Shown: positions 55,276-64,000 of the stretch, in pieces
How positions within the stretch are numbered: position 1 is the first letter of the stretch
Layout of the letters: each line of letters starts with the position of its first letter
From: Bacillota bacterium
GTDB lineage: Bacteria > Bacillota_I > Bacilli_A > Izemoplasmatales > UBA1188
Assembly (NCBI GenBank): GCA_023410715.1
Contig: JAEYPN010000012.1
Span: 1-64,000, forward strand
Direction of reading: 5' to 3'
Length of the DNA: 64,000 nucleotides
The notes under the pieces: generated by a model
What the model was told of the DNA's origin: nothing
The model's input: only the letters and a program-made list of their open reading frames with translations
The model's database searches: none
Position numbers and translations under genes: made by a program

Positions 55276-55439
55276 ATTATCCTCCTTTCGCATATAAATC
55301 AACTTATATACTTGCTCCGTAGAAATTACCCGACCACATCAAGACAACGGGTATCCGTGTGTCGGCAACCTTCCACATCACAGCCACGCTCGAGATTACG
55401 AGCCTTGAACATTATAACAAATAAATAATACAAATGCAA
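55276..55439 (-). promoter_or_regulatory. S10-operon promoter (TTGCAT-17-TATAAT) and a structured, GC-rich 5' leader of about 125 nt
   Basis: On the minus strand, the -35 TTGCAT (55439-55434) and -10 TATAAT (55416-55411) are separated by 17 nt. The downstream leader (55403-55276) is about 50% GC in a genome of about 28% GC, with several hairpins, a repeated GAUGUGG motif and a UAUAUAA/UUAUAUA hairpin adjacent to the RBS. Confidence 0.5.
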
Positions 55440-55680
55440 GTACTATTTTCCGTTTTTTATTATTTATCAGTATAGGTCTAAAAGGCCTTAAAAACAATGC
55501 TTTTATTCAACCTTTTAGAGTTTTTACCAATAGATATTGTTTATTTCCATAATTTAACTTATTCATTATTTAATTGTTTTTATTTTAATAAATATATTTT
55601 AATTATCGAAAAATAAGTAATTAAAAGTCATTATTAAATATGTTGTCGATAAGCTAAAATTTTTGATATTTATTACCAAT

Positions 55681-55705
55681 AAAAAAAGTGGCTTTAAACC
55701 ACTTT
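55681..55705 (-). terminator. Rho-independent terminator of the arc-speA operon
   Basis: On the minus strand, a 7-bp stem (AAAGTGG/CCACTTT) with a 7-nt loop is followed by U7. Confidence 0.75.
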
Positions 55706-55709
55706 ATAA

Positions 55710-57038
55710 TTAATAAAACTTGGAAACTCTTAGTACGTCTTCAATACTTTGAAGGTTAGATCTTACTTCTTCTACTTCTTTTTTATTTTTAGTATAGATT
55801 AGTAAATCTTTTTCTTCAGGTAGTAAGCAATGATGAACTCCGCCTTTACCATTCATGCTGTTTTGATAAGATCCTGTGCCAATTAAGCCTACATAGATAT
55901 CATCATTAGTATCAGGAAGATCAATATAACCTTTTGATTTTTCATAATATACATCATCGCAATCACAAGTAATTCCACCTAAACGCCCTTTAATCATTGG
56001 TTTGTCTAATTCGTTTAATGGTGTAATTATTATTGGTTCACCTAAGGCATACATTTCAGGCAACGCAATTAACAAACTACCATTGATGATATGCCATAGA
56101 TAAGAATCAGTATTTTTCTTACCTACAACCTTATATATATTAACAGTGCTATCCTTTTGACTATATTTTCCATTTTCACTTACTAAATTAGGCTCATTTA
56201 CTTTAAATTCTAAAGATAGTTTTTTAAGTGTTGATATAACTTCTTTAGCCCAAGCAAGGTAATCAAAATCATTATGTTCAGGAAGCGGTGTTCCTCCACC
56301 CATGTCAAAATTAATAACTGTTTTATATTTTTTAGCTGCATAAACATAATATTCTTCAAAAGCTTTTGTAAAGTTTAAATTAAATTTATCTTTTTCATAA
56401 TCAAATCCTCTTTGATGGAAATGAATAGTTGAAAGAATTAATGAAGTATTCTTAATGTCGTCAACAATATATGTAAAATCTTCTTTAATTAAACCAAAAC
56501 GGTCGTTTTCAATAACATCGCCTTCTTCAGCATATAAAGCCTTTAAATGAACTCTTAAACCAATCTCAAGTTTTACATTCTTCTCTTTTAAGTATTCATA
56601 TTCATTTAAAGAATCAATTACATTAATGATTTTATATCCTTCTTCGTTTATTCTAATGATAGCGTCAATATAATCTTTTTCCTTATATCCGTTACATACA
56701 ATTGGTTTTTTCTTAAATTCAGGATGTTTTTTATAAAGCTCATAAGTTAATAATAAATCATAATAACTTGATGTTTCTAAACCATCAGAATAGGTGAATG
56801 CTGTCTCAATTTCTCTAACCCCATAATTTGCCTTATTGGCATTAAGATAAAAGAACTTTTTTGAGTATCCTTCAGCTTTAATGGCTTCTTTAAAACAATC
56901 TTTTAAACCTAATACTCTTTCTTTAATAATATCTAAGAAAGTAATTTTTAAAGGAGTTCCATGTTTTTTTGCTAGATTTGTTAAATTATGTCCGAAATAT
57001 TCAATTTCGTTATTTTTTACTTTTAATAGTTTGTCCAT
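55710..57038 (-). CDS. PLP-dependent Orn/DAP/Arg decarboxylase (fold type III), SpeA-like; putative arginine decarboxylase
   Basis: It has a GGG motif (FDMGGGTPLP) and C-terminal motifs (GGITCDCDD ... GTGSYQNSMNG) that parallel SpeA's ITCDSDG ... GAYQEILGN. At 442 aa it lacks the long SpeA N-terminal extension. Confidence 0.65.
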   Translation of the reverse strand: MDKLLKVKNNEIEYFGHNLTNLAKKHGTPLKITFLDIIKERVLGLKDCFKEAIKAEGYSKKFFYLNANKANYGVREIETAFTYSDGLETSSYYDLLLTYELYKKHPEFKKKPIVCNGYKEKDYIDAIIRINEEGYKIINVIDSLNEYEYLKEKNVKLEIGLRVHLKALYAEEGDVIENDRFGLIKEDFTYIVDDIKNTSLILSTIHFHQRGFDYEKDKFNLNFTKAFEEYYVYAAKKYKTVINFDMGGGTPLPEHNDFDYLAWAKEVISTLKKLSLEFKVNEPNLVSENGKYSQKDSTVNIYKVVGKKNTDSYLWHIINGSLLIALPEMYALGEPIIITPLNELDKPMIKGRLGGITCDCDDVYYEKSKGYIDLPDTNDDIYVGLIGTGSYQNSMNGKGGVHHCLLPEEKDLLIYTKNKKEVEEVRSNLQSIEDVLRVSKFY

Positions 57039-57044
57039 TTTTCC

Positions 57045-57968
57045 TTATTTATTATATATAGTAGTTCCAGAATTACCTAAAAGGGCATCATAGGCTTTTT
57101 CTGGTGAAGTGATGATGGCAATATGGTTTTTATCTTGTTTTACAAACTCGATACTTGCTTCTACTTTTGGTTTCATACTGCCAGCATAAAAATGATTCAA
57201 TTCATTATACTTAATCATATCTTCTAAAGATACTTGGCTAAGTTTAATTTCATTTTCTTGTTTATAATTTAATGATACTTGATCAACAGCAGTTAATATT
57301 AATAAATAATCGCTATTTATATCATTTGCGAGCTTGCTTGAGGCAAAATCTTTATCAATGACGGCTTCAACACCCTCGTATACCCCGTTATTATTAATAA
57401 CAGGAATTCCTCCGCCACCGCAAGCAATAACTATATATCCTGCATTAATTAAAGTATTAATTACCGGTTCTTCAATAACTTTTACAGGCTTTGGAGAAGC
57501 TATTACTCTTCTATATCCTCTTAAAGCATCTTCTTTCATTGGATAAGGCATTTTTTTTGCTTCTTTAAATGTATAAAAAGACCCAATTGGTTTAGTAGGA
57601 TTTAAAAATGCTTTATCATCTTTATCAACTTCAACCTGAGTAACAATACTTACAACATGCTTATTAATATTTTCTTTTGCAAATTCACAAGTTAGTGCAT
57701 TTGTTAAATGATAGCCAATATAACCCTCACTCATTGCTCCACATTCACTAAAAGGCATTAAAGAGATTTTTTCATCATGTTTATGTCCTTCGGTAAAAGC
57801 TAGATTAATTAAACCAACTTGTGGTCCATTACCATGAGTGATAACAACCTCAAATCCTGCTTTAATAATGGGGATTAAATTTTTTGCTGTAATTACTGCC
57901 ATTTCTTTTTGTTTTTCTGGGGTTTCTCCTAGGGCATTACCACCTAATGCTACAACGACTCTTTTCAT
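57045..57968 (-). CDS. arcC: Carbamate kinase
   Basis: It begins [13 protein letters not shown] and has an amino-acid kinase fold. It is the terminal enzyme of the ADI pathway. Confidence 0.92.
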   Translation of the reverse strand: MKRVVVALGGNALGETPEKQKEMAVITAKNLIPIIKAGFEVVITHGNGPQVGLINLAFTEGHKHDEKISLMPFSECGAMSEGYIGYHLTNALTCEFAKENINKHVVSIVTQVEVDKDDKAFLNPTKPIGSFYTFKEAKKMPYPMKEDALRGYRRVIASPKPVKVIEEPVINTLINAGYIVIACGGGGIPVINNNGVYEGVEAVIDKDFASSKLANDINSDYLLILTAVDQVSLNYKQENEIKLSQVSLEDMIKYNELNHFYAGSMKPKVEASIEFVKQDKNHIAIITSPEKAYDALLGNSGTTIYNK

Positions 57969-58960
57969 TATTTTACCATTGTTGCATAAATTACAGCTTT
58001 AATTGTATGAAGACGATTTTCAGCTTCATCAAAAACAACTGACTGACTACCTTCAAATACTTCTTCGGTAACCTCTATACCATTTAAACTAAATTTATTA
58101 TAAATGTCCATTCCAACCTTTGTTTCTAAGTTATGAAATGATGGTAAGCAGTGTAAAAATATTGCATCTTCTTTTGCTTTAGCCATTAAAGAAGCATTTA
58201 CTTGATATGGAAGTAATAATTTAATTCTTTCTTCCCATACTTTTTCATCTTCACCCATTGAAACCCAAACATCAGTTACAATGATATCTGCATCTTTAAT
58301 ACCTTCTTCAATTGATTCTGTTAAAGTTACGCTTCCCTTGCTTAATTTAGCAGCTTGAGTGCACTTATTAACTAAATCTTGATTAGGCCATAATTCTTTA
58401 GGGGCTACTGCACAAAAGTTGATACCAACCTTAGATGAACCAATCATAAGTGAATTACCCATATTGTATCGAGCATCACCAAAGTAAGCCATTTTTAATC
58501 CTTTTAATGTCCCTTTCTTTTCTCTAATTGTAAGCAAATCAGCTAAAATTTGGGTTGGATGAAATTCATTTGTTAAACCATTCCAAACTGGAACGTTTGC
58601 ATACTCTGCTAAAGTTTCAACAATTTCTTGTCCATAACCGCGATACTCAATCCCATCATACATTCTACCTAAAACTCTGGCAGTATCTTTAAGTGATTCT
58701 TTTTTACCCATTTGTGAACCAGTAGGTCCAAGGTATGTTACACCTAATCCTAAATCATATCCAGCCACTTCAAAAGCGCATCTTGTTCTAGTTGAATCTT
58801 TTTCAAAAAGTAAGACGATGTTTTTTCCTTCTAATACTTTAGTATTTATACCTTCTTGCTTTTTCTTTTTTAAATCGGCCGCAAGGTCTAGTAAATAAAT
58901 AATTTCTTCTTCTGTAAAATCTAATAATGTTAGTAAGTTTCTCCCGTATAAATTCATCAT
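57968..58960 (-). CDS. arcB: Ornithine carbamoyltransferase (catabolic)
   Basis: It has STRTR, HPTQ and HCLP motifs. Start re-assigned to [10 protein letters not shown] after the GAGGAAAA RBS; its ATG overlaps the arcA TGA stop (ATGA). Confidence 0.93.
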   Translation of the reverse strand: MMNLYGRNLLTLLDFTEEEIIYLLDLAADLKKKKQEGINTKVLEGKNIVLLFEKDSTRTRCAFEVAGYDLGLGVTYLGPTGSQMGKKESLKDTARVLGRMYDGIEYRGYGQEIVETLAEYANVPVWNGLTNEFHPTQILADLLTIREKKGTLKGLKMAYFGDARYNMGNSLMIGSSKVGINFCAVAPKELWPNQDLVNKCTQAAKLSKGSVTLTESIEEGIKDADIIVTDVWVSMGEDEKVWEERIKLLLPYQVNASLMAKAKEDAIFLHCLPSFHNLETKVGMDIYNKFSLNGIEVTEEVFEGSQSVVFDEAENRLHTIKAVIYATMVK

Positions 58961-60189
58961 TTTTCCTCTATTTCTTCTCTTTCTAATGGCATACACATAC
59001 ATCTAGGCCCGCCTCTTCCCCTAGATAGCTCACTTGAAGGAATCGAATGAACCTTAAGTCCATATGATTCTAATATTTTATTAGTAATATCATTCCTTTC
59101 ATAAGTAATAACTTCTCCTGGAGCAATAGCTACAGTATTACTACCATCACTCCACTGCTCACGGTCCGCTGAAACCCGATCATTTCCCCCACAAGGAATT
59201 AGAGTTATTTCTCGATTCATATATTGACCTAAAATTTCTTCTAATTTACCTTCTAATTCTTTTACAACAAGTTTTCCTTTAACAGTCTGATTTTTCTCAA
59301 TGCTATAAATCTTTAAATTGTTATAACATTCATTATGAATGGTAAACTTATCATAATCTATTTGCGTAAATATTGTATCTAGGTGCATAAAGGTTCTAAA
59401 TTTAGGAATGCTAAAGGCTAAAACTGTTTTATATTCCGTTTGATTATTAAAAAATAAGTTTTTTGCTAGTTTTTCAATAGCCGATGGATCAGTTCTTTGA
59501 CTTACACCAACTAGTAATAATTCCTTACTTAAAACTAAGATGTCGCCACCTTCAATATTTAACTTATAATCTCTATTATAGAAAAATCGTGGATTTTTAT
59601 ATTCTGGATGATATAAGAAAATATATTTTCCATAAATGGTTTCTCTTCTTCTTGTTTCTGAATACATTTTATTTAAACATACTCCATCTCCAATTATGAC
59701 AAATGGATCACGTGTAAAATAAAGATTAGGCATTGGATTCACAATAAATGGATAGTCCCCTACAAAATCTGCTAAATTATTAGCAGTATATCCTGGAAGC
59801 TCACTTTTTTTAATTCCTGCCATACTTTTAAGTACAAGTGCTCTTACATCAGTAAAAGAATTTAAGTATTTTCTTACAAGATTTGTTAAGGTATCACTAT
59901 AAATGCTTGCTTCACTAATAAATTCATTAATAAAATCTTTTTTTACTTTTTCACAAGTCATTAAAGATTCTGTAACTAAGTCAACTAAGTAAACAACCTT
60001 TATACCGGCATCTGTAAAGGCTTTGGCAAATGCCTGATGTTCCTTTTTAGCAAGTGGTAACCAAGGAATATCATCAAATAAAAGATCACCTAAATATTTG
60101 GGAATTAAATTATCTAGCTCTTCGCCTGGTTCATGAAGTAAAACCGTCTTTAATCTTCCAATTTCCGAATTAACGTTTAAACTTGACAT
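58957..60189 (-). CDS. arcA: Arginine deiminase
   Basis: 410 aa beginning (M)[21 protein letters not shown], with the C-terminal catalytic Cys in ...[13 protein letters not shown]. Confidence 0.93.
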   Translation of the reverse strand: MSSLNVNSEIGRLKTVLLHEPGEELDNLIPKYLGDLLFDDIPWLPLAKKEHQAFAKAFTDAGIKVVYLVDLVTESLMTCEKVKKDFINEFISEASIYSDTLTNLVRKYLNSFTDVRALVLKSMAGIKKSELPGYTANNLADFVGDYPFIVNPMPNLYFTRDPFVIIGDGVCLNKMYSETRRRETIYGKYIFLYHPEYKNPRFFYNRDYKLNIEGGDILVLSKELLLVGVSQRTDPSAIEKLAKNLFFNNQTEYKTVLAFSIPKFRTFMHLDTIFTQIDYDKFTIHNECYNNLKIYSIEKNQTVKGKLVVKELEGKLEEILGQYMNREITLIPCGGNDRVSADREQWSDGSNTVAIAPGEVITYERNDITNKILESYGLKVHSIPSSELSRGRGGPRCMCMPLEREEIEEK

Positions 60190-60303
60190 CTTTATTTTAT
60201 CATCCTTTTTTTAATATATTTTATAGTATAGTGTAATCCCAATAAATTGTATATAAAATAATAAAAATTATTTTAATAGTTAAAATTTATCACTTTCTTG
60301 TTT

Positions 60304-62640
60304 TTATTGTTTCCAAAAATCTTTAATTTCTTTTTCCAATAAATGCAAATCATTTATAACCTTCATATGATTCCATTCGCGCGGATATAATTTTTTATAT
60401 TTATATGATGAAAAACGATCATCAACCAAAATTGCGACTCCTCTGTCATTTTCACTTCTTATTACTCTACCAACTGCCTGAATCACCTTACTTAAACCAG
60501 GAAAAGTATAAGCATAATCAAACCCATTGCCAAATTCCTTATCAAAAAAACTTTTTAATAAGTTATTATAACCACCATACATTGGCAATCCCGTCCCGAC
60601 AATTACCACACCACTTAACATATCACCTAAATAGTCAATACCTTCCGCAAATGTTCCACCAAGGACGAAAAACCCTACCTGTGACACTGTTAAGTTTTGT
60701 TTAAACAACTCAATATATTCATCTTTTTCTTTAACAGTTAAATCTCTTTTTTGAATGATCATTTCATAATCTGGCTTTAGTTCATTAATTTTATCTGCGA
60801 TCATGTTTAAATATTGATAGCTTGGAAAAAAGACAATATAGTTACCTACTTTACCACTAGCTAAAATGTTAATGATTTCAACAATTTTACTAACGCTATT
60901 TTCTCTATCATTATATCTAGTTGAAATATCATCAACCGCAATTAATTTTAGGTTATCACGATCAAATGGTGAGATAAATTTAGCAATATTACCATCGTCT
61001 TTAGTTAATAATTTTTGGTAATATTCAATTGGAAACATTGTAGCTGAGAAAAAAACTGAGCCATAAGTTCTATCTTTTAAAGTTTTTAAAATAAAATCTG
61101 AGGCATCTAAACATTTAACTGATATAACTGTATCACTATTTATTTTTTCTACTGTAAAGACAAACTTTTCATTGTAATACTCAATAATTTTCATATATTT
61201 ATAGATTTCAAAATAAACATTTAAAACATCATTTTTGCCTGCAAAACCAACATTATCATTTGTAATTGTTTCAATTTTATTCATGAGCTTTTTTAACATT
61301 CCTGTTAACATATCATCTTTTTCTTCATACATTGTTAAATCTGTTTCTTCAAGCTCTAATTCATATTCATTAAAAATCTCGAGTACAGCCGCAATCTCGC
61401 GTCTTGCTGTTGGCCTAATACCTGTTAAATTTTTCTTTAAAGAAAGAATTTGAAATTTAGAGATAGAGGCAGAATACATATCTCTTCCACGTGTCACCAT
61501 ATTATGGGCTTCATCTATTAAAATAATTGGCCGATAGCTTGTCTCATCATTAAAATAACGTTCAAGTTTAATTCTTGGATCAAAGACATAGTTATAATCC
61601 GCAATGATAATATCAGATAAATTTGAAATATCTAAGCTCAATTCAAAAGGGCATACCTCATGCTTTAAACCATATTCACTAATTATTTCAGAGGTAAATA
61701 TATCATGATCATCATATAAAAGTCTAATCACTTTAAAAACCTTGGTATAATACTCTTTGGCATATTTACAAACTTCTGGATCACATTCTCTTACTTCTCT
61801 TAAACACATAGAGTCTTTTGATGATATCACACATGTTTTTGCCACGAGCCCCTTATTAAGAAGGATGTTTGAGGTATCAACCGCAATCTTTTTGCCCCCA
61901 TTTTTCGCTGTTAAGTAAAATAATTTATCTTTTTTAGTGCTGATGGCTTTAAGGCCTGAAAAAATTGTCGCAATCGTCTTACCAATACCTGTTGGGGCAA
62001 TCGCATATAAAATACCTTTCTCAATAATCGTCCTATAACACATACCCATAAATTCTCTTTGCCCAGGGCGAAAATCATCAAAAGGAAAATTTAATCCTAA
62101 AATCGATTTATTTCTTCTTTCTTCATGATCATCAAGTTTTTCAATCCAGCTTAAATAATTATCAATTGTTGTATAAAAAAATATTTCAAGCTCATCTATT
62201 GTATATTTATTTTCAAAAAATATTGTTTTAAATTTTTCAACTGTACAGTATGTTAAACGGATATAAATTGATTTTTTATCATTTGCTTTTAAATACATAT
62301 ATGCATACATCTTCGCTTGTGCTAAATGTGAAGGATAGGTATTTTCATCAAGTAAATTTAAGTCATTGTTCGTTGATTTAATTTCTTCTAAAATAAAACG
62401 GTTTGATCTGTAAATCAAACCATCAATTCTACCCGTAATAACTAAATGATAGTTCTTATAATCATCTTCTAAAGAAACACTAACTTCTTTTTTATCTTTT
62501 TCTTTATAAAGACCTTGAATATGTTGGTGACAAGCTGTACCTTGTTCTGCTCTTGCAATTAAACTCCGTTCGCTTGTTAAATCGCCTCCGCCATATAGTA
62601 GTTCAACTATATTCTTGGCTGTTTCTTTAAGTTCAAGCAC
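60304..62640 (-). CDS. Fusion protein: N-terminal RecB-family PD-(D/E)xK nuclease domain plus a DinG/XPD (Rad3)-family Fe-S DNA helicase
   Basis: The N-terminal roughly 170 aa carry nuclease motifs II/III (GRIDGL...ILEEIKS) and the QxxxY motif (QAKMYAYMY). Helicase motif I is IAPTGIGKT. An Fe-S Cys cluster (C..SMC..REC..EVC) sits between motifs Ia and II. Motif II is the DEAH box (LIDEAHN), and the C-terminal motifs are (GGTFAEGIDY, AVGRVIRS). The likely start is the GTG at 62640 after AGGAAG. Confidence 0.75.
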   Translation of the reverse strand: MLELKETAKNIVELLYGGGDLTSERSLIARAEQGTACHQHIQGLYKEKDKKEVSVSLEDDYKNYHLVITGRIDGLIYRSNRFILEEIKSTNNDLNLLDENTYPSHLAQAKMYAYMYLKANDKKSIYIRLTYCTVEKFKTIFFENKYTIDELEIFFYTTIDNYLSWIEKLDDHEERRNKSILGLNFPFDDFRPGQREFMGMCYRTIIEKGILYAIAPTGIGKTIATIFSGLKAISTKKDKLFYLTAKNGGKKIAVDTSNILLNKGLVAKTCVISSKDSMCLREVRECDPEVCKYAKEYYTKVFKVIRLLYDDHDIFTSEIISEYGLKHEVCPFELSLDISNLSDIIIADYNYVFDPRIKLERYFNDETSYRPIILIDEAHNMVTRGRDMYSASISKFQILSLKKNLTGIRPTARREIAAVLEIFNEYELELEETDLTMYEEKDDMLTGMLKKLMNKIETITNDNVGFAGKNDVLNVYFEIYKYMKIIEYYNEKFVFTVEKINSDTVISVKCLDASDFILKTLKDRTYGSVFFSATMFPIEYYQKLLTKDDGNIAKFISPFDRDNLKLIAVDDISTRYNDRENSVSKIVEIINILASGKVGNYIVFFPSYQYLNMIADKINELKPDYEMIIQKRDLTVKEKDEYIELFKQNLTVSQVGFFVLGGTFAEGIDYLGDMLSGVVIVGTGLPMYGGYNNLLKSFFDKEFGNGFDYAYTFPGLSKVIQAVGRVIRSENDRGVAILVDDRFSSYKYKKLYPREWNHMKVINDLHLLEKEIKDFWKQ

Positions 62641-62711
62641 GCCTATCACTTCCTAACAAAAAGTTATTGTTTATTTAAATTATATATTTAATGTTTATTA
62701 AATACAAGATA

Positions 62712-62751
62712 TAAAAAAAGAAAAAATCATTAATTTTCCATTAATGATTTT
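62712..62751 (-). terminator. Hairpin/terminator at the 3' end of the permease gene
   Basis: A perfect 12-bp inverted repeat (AAAATCATTAAT/ATTAATGATTTT) with a 5-nt loop. On the minus strand it is followed by a U-rich tract. It overlaps the last codons of the permease. Confidence 0.6.
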
Positions 62752-63482
62752 AACGTTGTTTTAATAATTTTTTCAATTGCTATAATAATAACAATTAAAA
62801 TGATAGTCCAAGCATAAACCCTGCTATATTCAATGTTAATTTTCGCCAAATATATTTCATTACCAATCGCTTTATTTGTTTGTGAAATATATTCTGCCAT
62901 CACAAGGACTTTAATTCCTAAACCAGCTGATTGAAAGAACGCTAATTTAATATAATTCCTAATTAGTGGTAAATACGCATATTTGACCAAAGTAAATTTA
63001 TCACTTGTATCTAATCTTGCTACATCAATTAATTCTTTATCTAAACTATCAATTCCTTGATAAACTGCTTCAAATACCAAAGGAATAATCATAAGGAGGG
63101 TAATAATAACTGGTGTTTTAACTAAACCAAAAATTATTAAACAAATAACAATGATTGATGCAATTGGAGTTGATCTAATTATTTTAATTAACGGACTAAT
63201 AAAGTAATAAATCTTTTTATTTAAACCACTAAATATAGCTAAGATGCCGCCGATTAGCATCCCTATGGTAATGGCTAAAATAAGCCGTATTACTGATGAA
63301 ATAATTATACCAAAGGTATTTGAATTTGTTAATATATTAACGATTGTTTTAAGGACTATAGAAAATCTTGGCATGATTAACTTATTATCAATTACCCCAA
63401 CTCCTATAAACCATATGGCCAAGACAAATATTATACCTAAACTATTATATAAATACTTAGTCTTGATAGTAGAATTCTTCAT
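62730..63482 (-). CDS. ABC transporter permease of the SsuC/TauC/NitT-type binding-protein-dependent inner-membrane family
   Basis: 250 aa with about 6 TM helices and an EAA-like loop region (LAITIGMLIGGILAIFSGL), typical of the nitrate/sulfonate/bicarbonate permease family. Confidence 0.75.
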   Translation of the reverse strand: MKNSTIKTKYLYNSLGIIFVLAIWFIGVGVIDNKLIMPRFSIVLKTIVNILTNSNTFGIIISSVIRLILAITIGMLIGGILAIFSGLNKKIYYFISPLIKIIRSTPIASIIVICLIIFGLVKTPVIITLLMIIPLVFEAVYQGIDSLDKELIDVARLDTSDKFTLVKYAYLPLIRNYIKLAFFQSAGLGIKVLVMAEYISQTNKAIGNEIYLAKINIEYSRVYAWTIILIVIIIAIEKIIKTTLKSLMEN

Positions 63483-64000
63483 TTGGAATCTCCCCTACAA
63501 GTTGAGCATTATATTCAAATAAAATATTAATAAGACTTTCAAATGATTGTTTATTTTTATTGACAGGAATAAAACTAATATTACTTCTATCAAGAGAGTT
63601 GATAAAAACAAGTTTATCATAACCATAATTCATTTCTTCTTGTAAGTCAGCTGTTTCAACTTTTTTTCCCATTACCTTTTCTATTGAAACAGTTAAGTCT
63701 TTTACATATTGATCTATTTTTTTCTTACTTACATCATTCCTTACAAATAATGCAGCTTGTGGATAAGATTCGTATCCAGTAATCTCTTTAAAACTTGCTT
63801 GTAAATCAAGATAAGTTAAGCCATCAATTTTATCAAGCAACACACTTAATGACGGTTCAGAAGTTAAAACCACTAAGTCATTATTTAAAATTAATTCATT
63901 TTGAGCTTCAGTTACGCTTGCAACATAACTAATGTTTAAATTTTTTAAGTCGTTATGTTCAAAAACATAGTTAGCAATAATACTTGGCATTTGGTTTTTA
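63457..64000 (-). CDS. Putative substrate-binding component of the adjacent ABC system (NMT1/SsuA-like). It is partial: the reading frame stays open to the window edge.
   Basis: The ORF has no stop codon between the ATG at 63990 and the window end, so the N-terminus is probably outside the window. It overlaps the permease start by 26 nt. Confidence 0.5.
   Translation of the reverse strand, partial: KNQMPSIIANYVFEHNDLKNLNISYVASVTEAQNELILNNDLVVLTSEPSLSVLLDKIDGLTYLDLQASFKEITGYESYPQAALFVRNDVSKKKIDQYVKDLTVSIEKVMGKKVETADLQEEMNYGYDKLVFINSLDRSNISFIPVNKNKQSFESLINILFEYNAQLVGEIPNEEFYYQD

Noticed and set aside
55460-55480. AAGGCCTT perfect palindrome inside the rpsJ upstream region
   Set aside because: It is an isolated 8-bp palindrome with no flanking T-run and no partner half-site. 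It is most likely a chance sequence or a restriction-type site rather than an operator.
55276-55709. Possibility that the 430-bp gap upstream of rpsJ holds a tRNA, tmRNA or SRP RNA
   Set aside because: The GC-rich 95-nt segment lacks tRNA cloverleaf features and lacks the SRP domain-IV motif (GGAAGCAGCCAAGG-like). No tmRNA tag-reading frame or CCA-end acceptor pairing was seen. It is better explained as an operon leader. The rest of the gap is AT-rich promoter and terminator sequence.
1-64000. Mollicute genetic code (UGA as Trp), CRISPR arrays, IS elements and prophage
   Set aside because: All long housekeeping ORFs are intact under the standard code, and arcA terminates at a TGA that overlaps the arcB ATG. 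No regularly spaced direct repeats, transposase, integrase or recombinase genes were seen anywhere in the window.

Overview
This 64 kb window comes from an AT-rich genome that uses the standard genetic code. TGA is a stop codon here, and the long housekeeping ORFs are intact, so this is not a translation table 4 genome. The organism looks like a low-GC Firmicute-type lineage, possibly Erysipelotrichia or Acholeplasma-like. Almost every gene is on the minus strand, and the window is dominated by core translation and transcription genes in Bacillus-like synteny. Read right to left, the order is as follows.

- rpsJ-rplC-rplD-rplW-rplB-rpsS-rplV-rpsC-rplP-rpmC-rpsQ-rplN-rplX-rplE-rpsN-rpsH-rplF-rplR-rpsE-rpmD-rplO-secY-adk-map-infA-rpmJ-rpsM-rpsK-rpoA-rplQ (the S10/spc/alpha block).
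- ecfA1-ecfA2-ecfT-truA.
- tmk-holB-ricT-yabB-rsmI-(DJ-1)-metG-yitT.
- An ECF sigma factor, a putative anti-sigma factor and a coiled-coil lipoprotein.
- rplM-rpsI, a cardiolipin synthase, csp, then cysS-mrnC-rlmB-sigH-rpmG-secE-nusG.
- rplK-rplA-rplJ-rplL-(methyltransferase)-rpoB-rpoC.

The non-routine content is listed below.

1. A roughly 6.7 kb insertion between nusG and rplK, which are normally adjacent. It carries two tandem MacB-type ABC genes, each a fused ATPase and FtsX permease, and a divergent flotillin gene. Intrinsic terminators flank it.
2. A 778-aa fusion protein with a RecB-family PD-(D/E)xK nuclease domain at the N-terminus and a DinG/XPD-like Fe-S helicase. It sits next to an arginine deiminase operon (arcABC) that ends with a SpeA-like arginine decarboxylase rather than an arcD antiporter.
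3. A GC-rich structured leader of about 125 nt upstream of rpsJ that contains a repeated GAUGUGG motif.
4. Lineage-specific extensions: a coiled-coil insert in RpoB, a 3-TM SecE and an N-terminal extension on TruA.

I saw no CRISPR array, rRNA or tRNA gene, and no obvious mobile element. Several starts in the ORF track were re-assigned using RBS positions.
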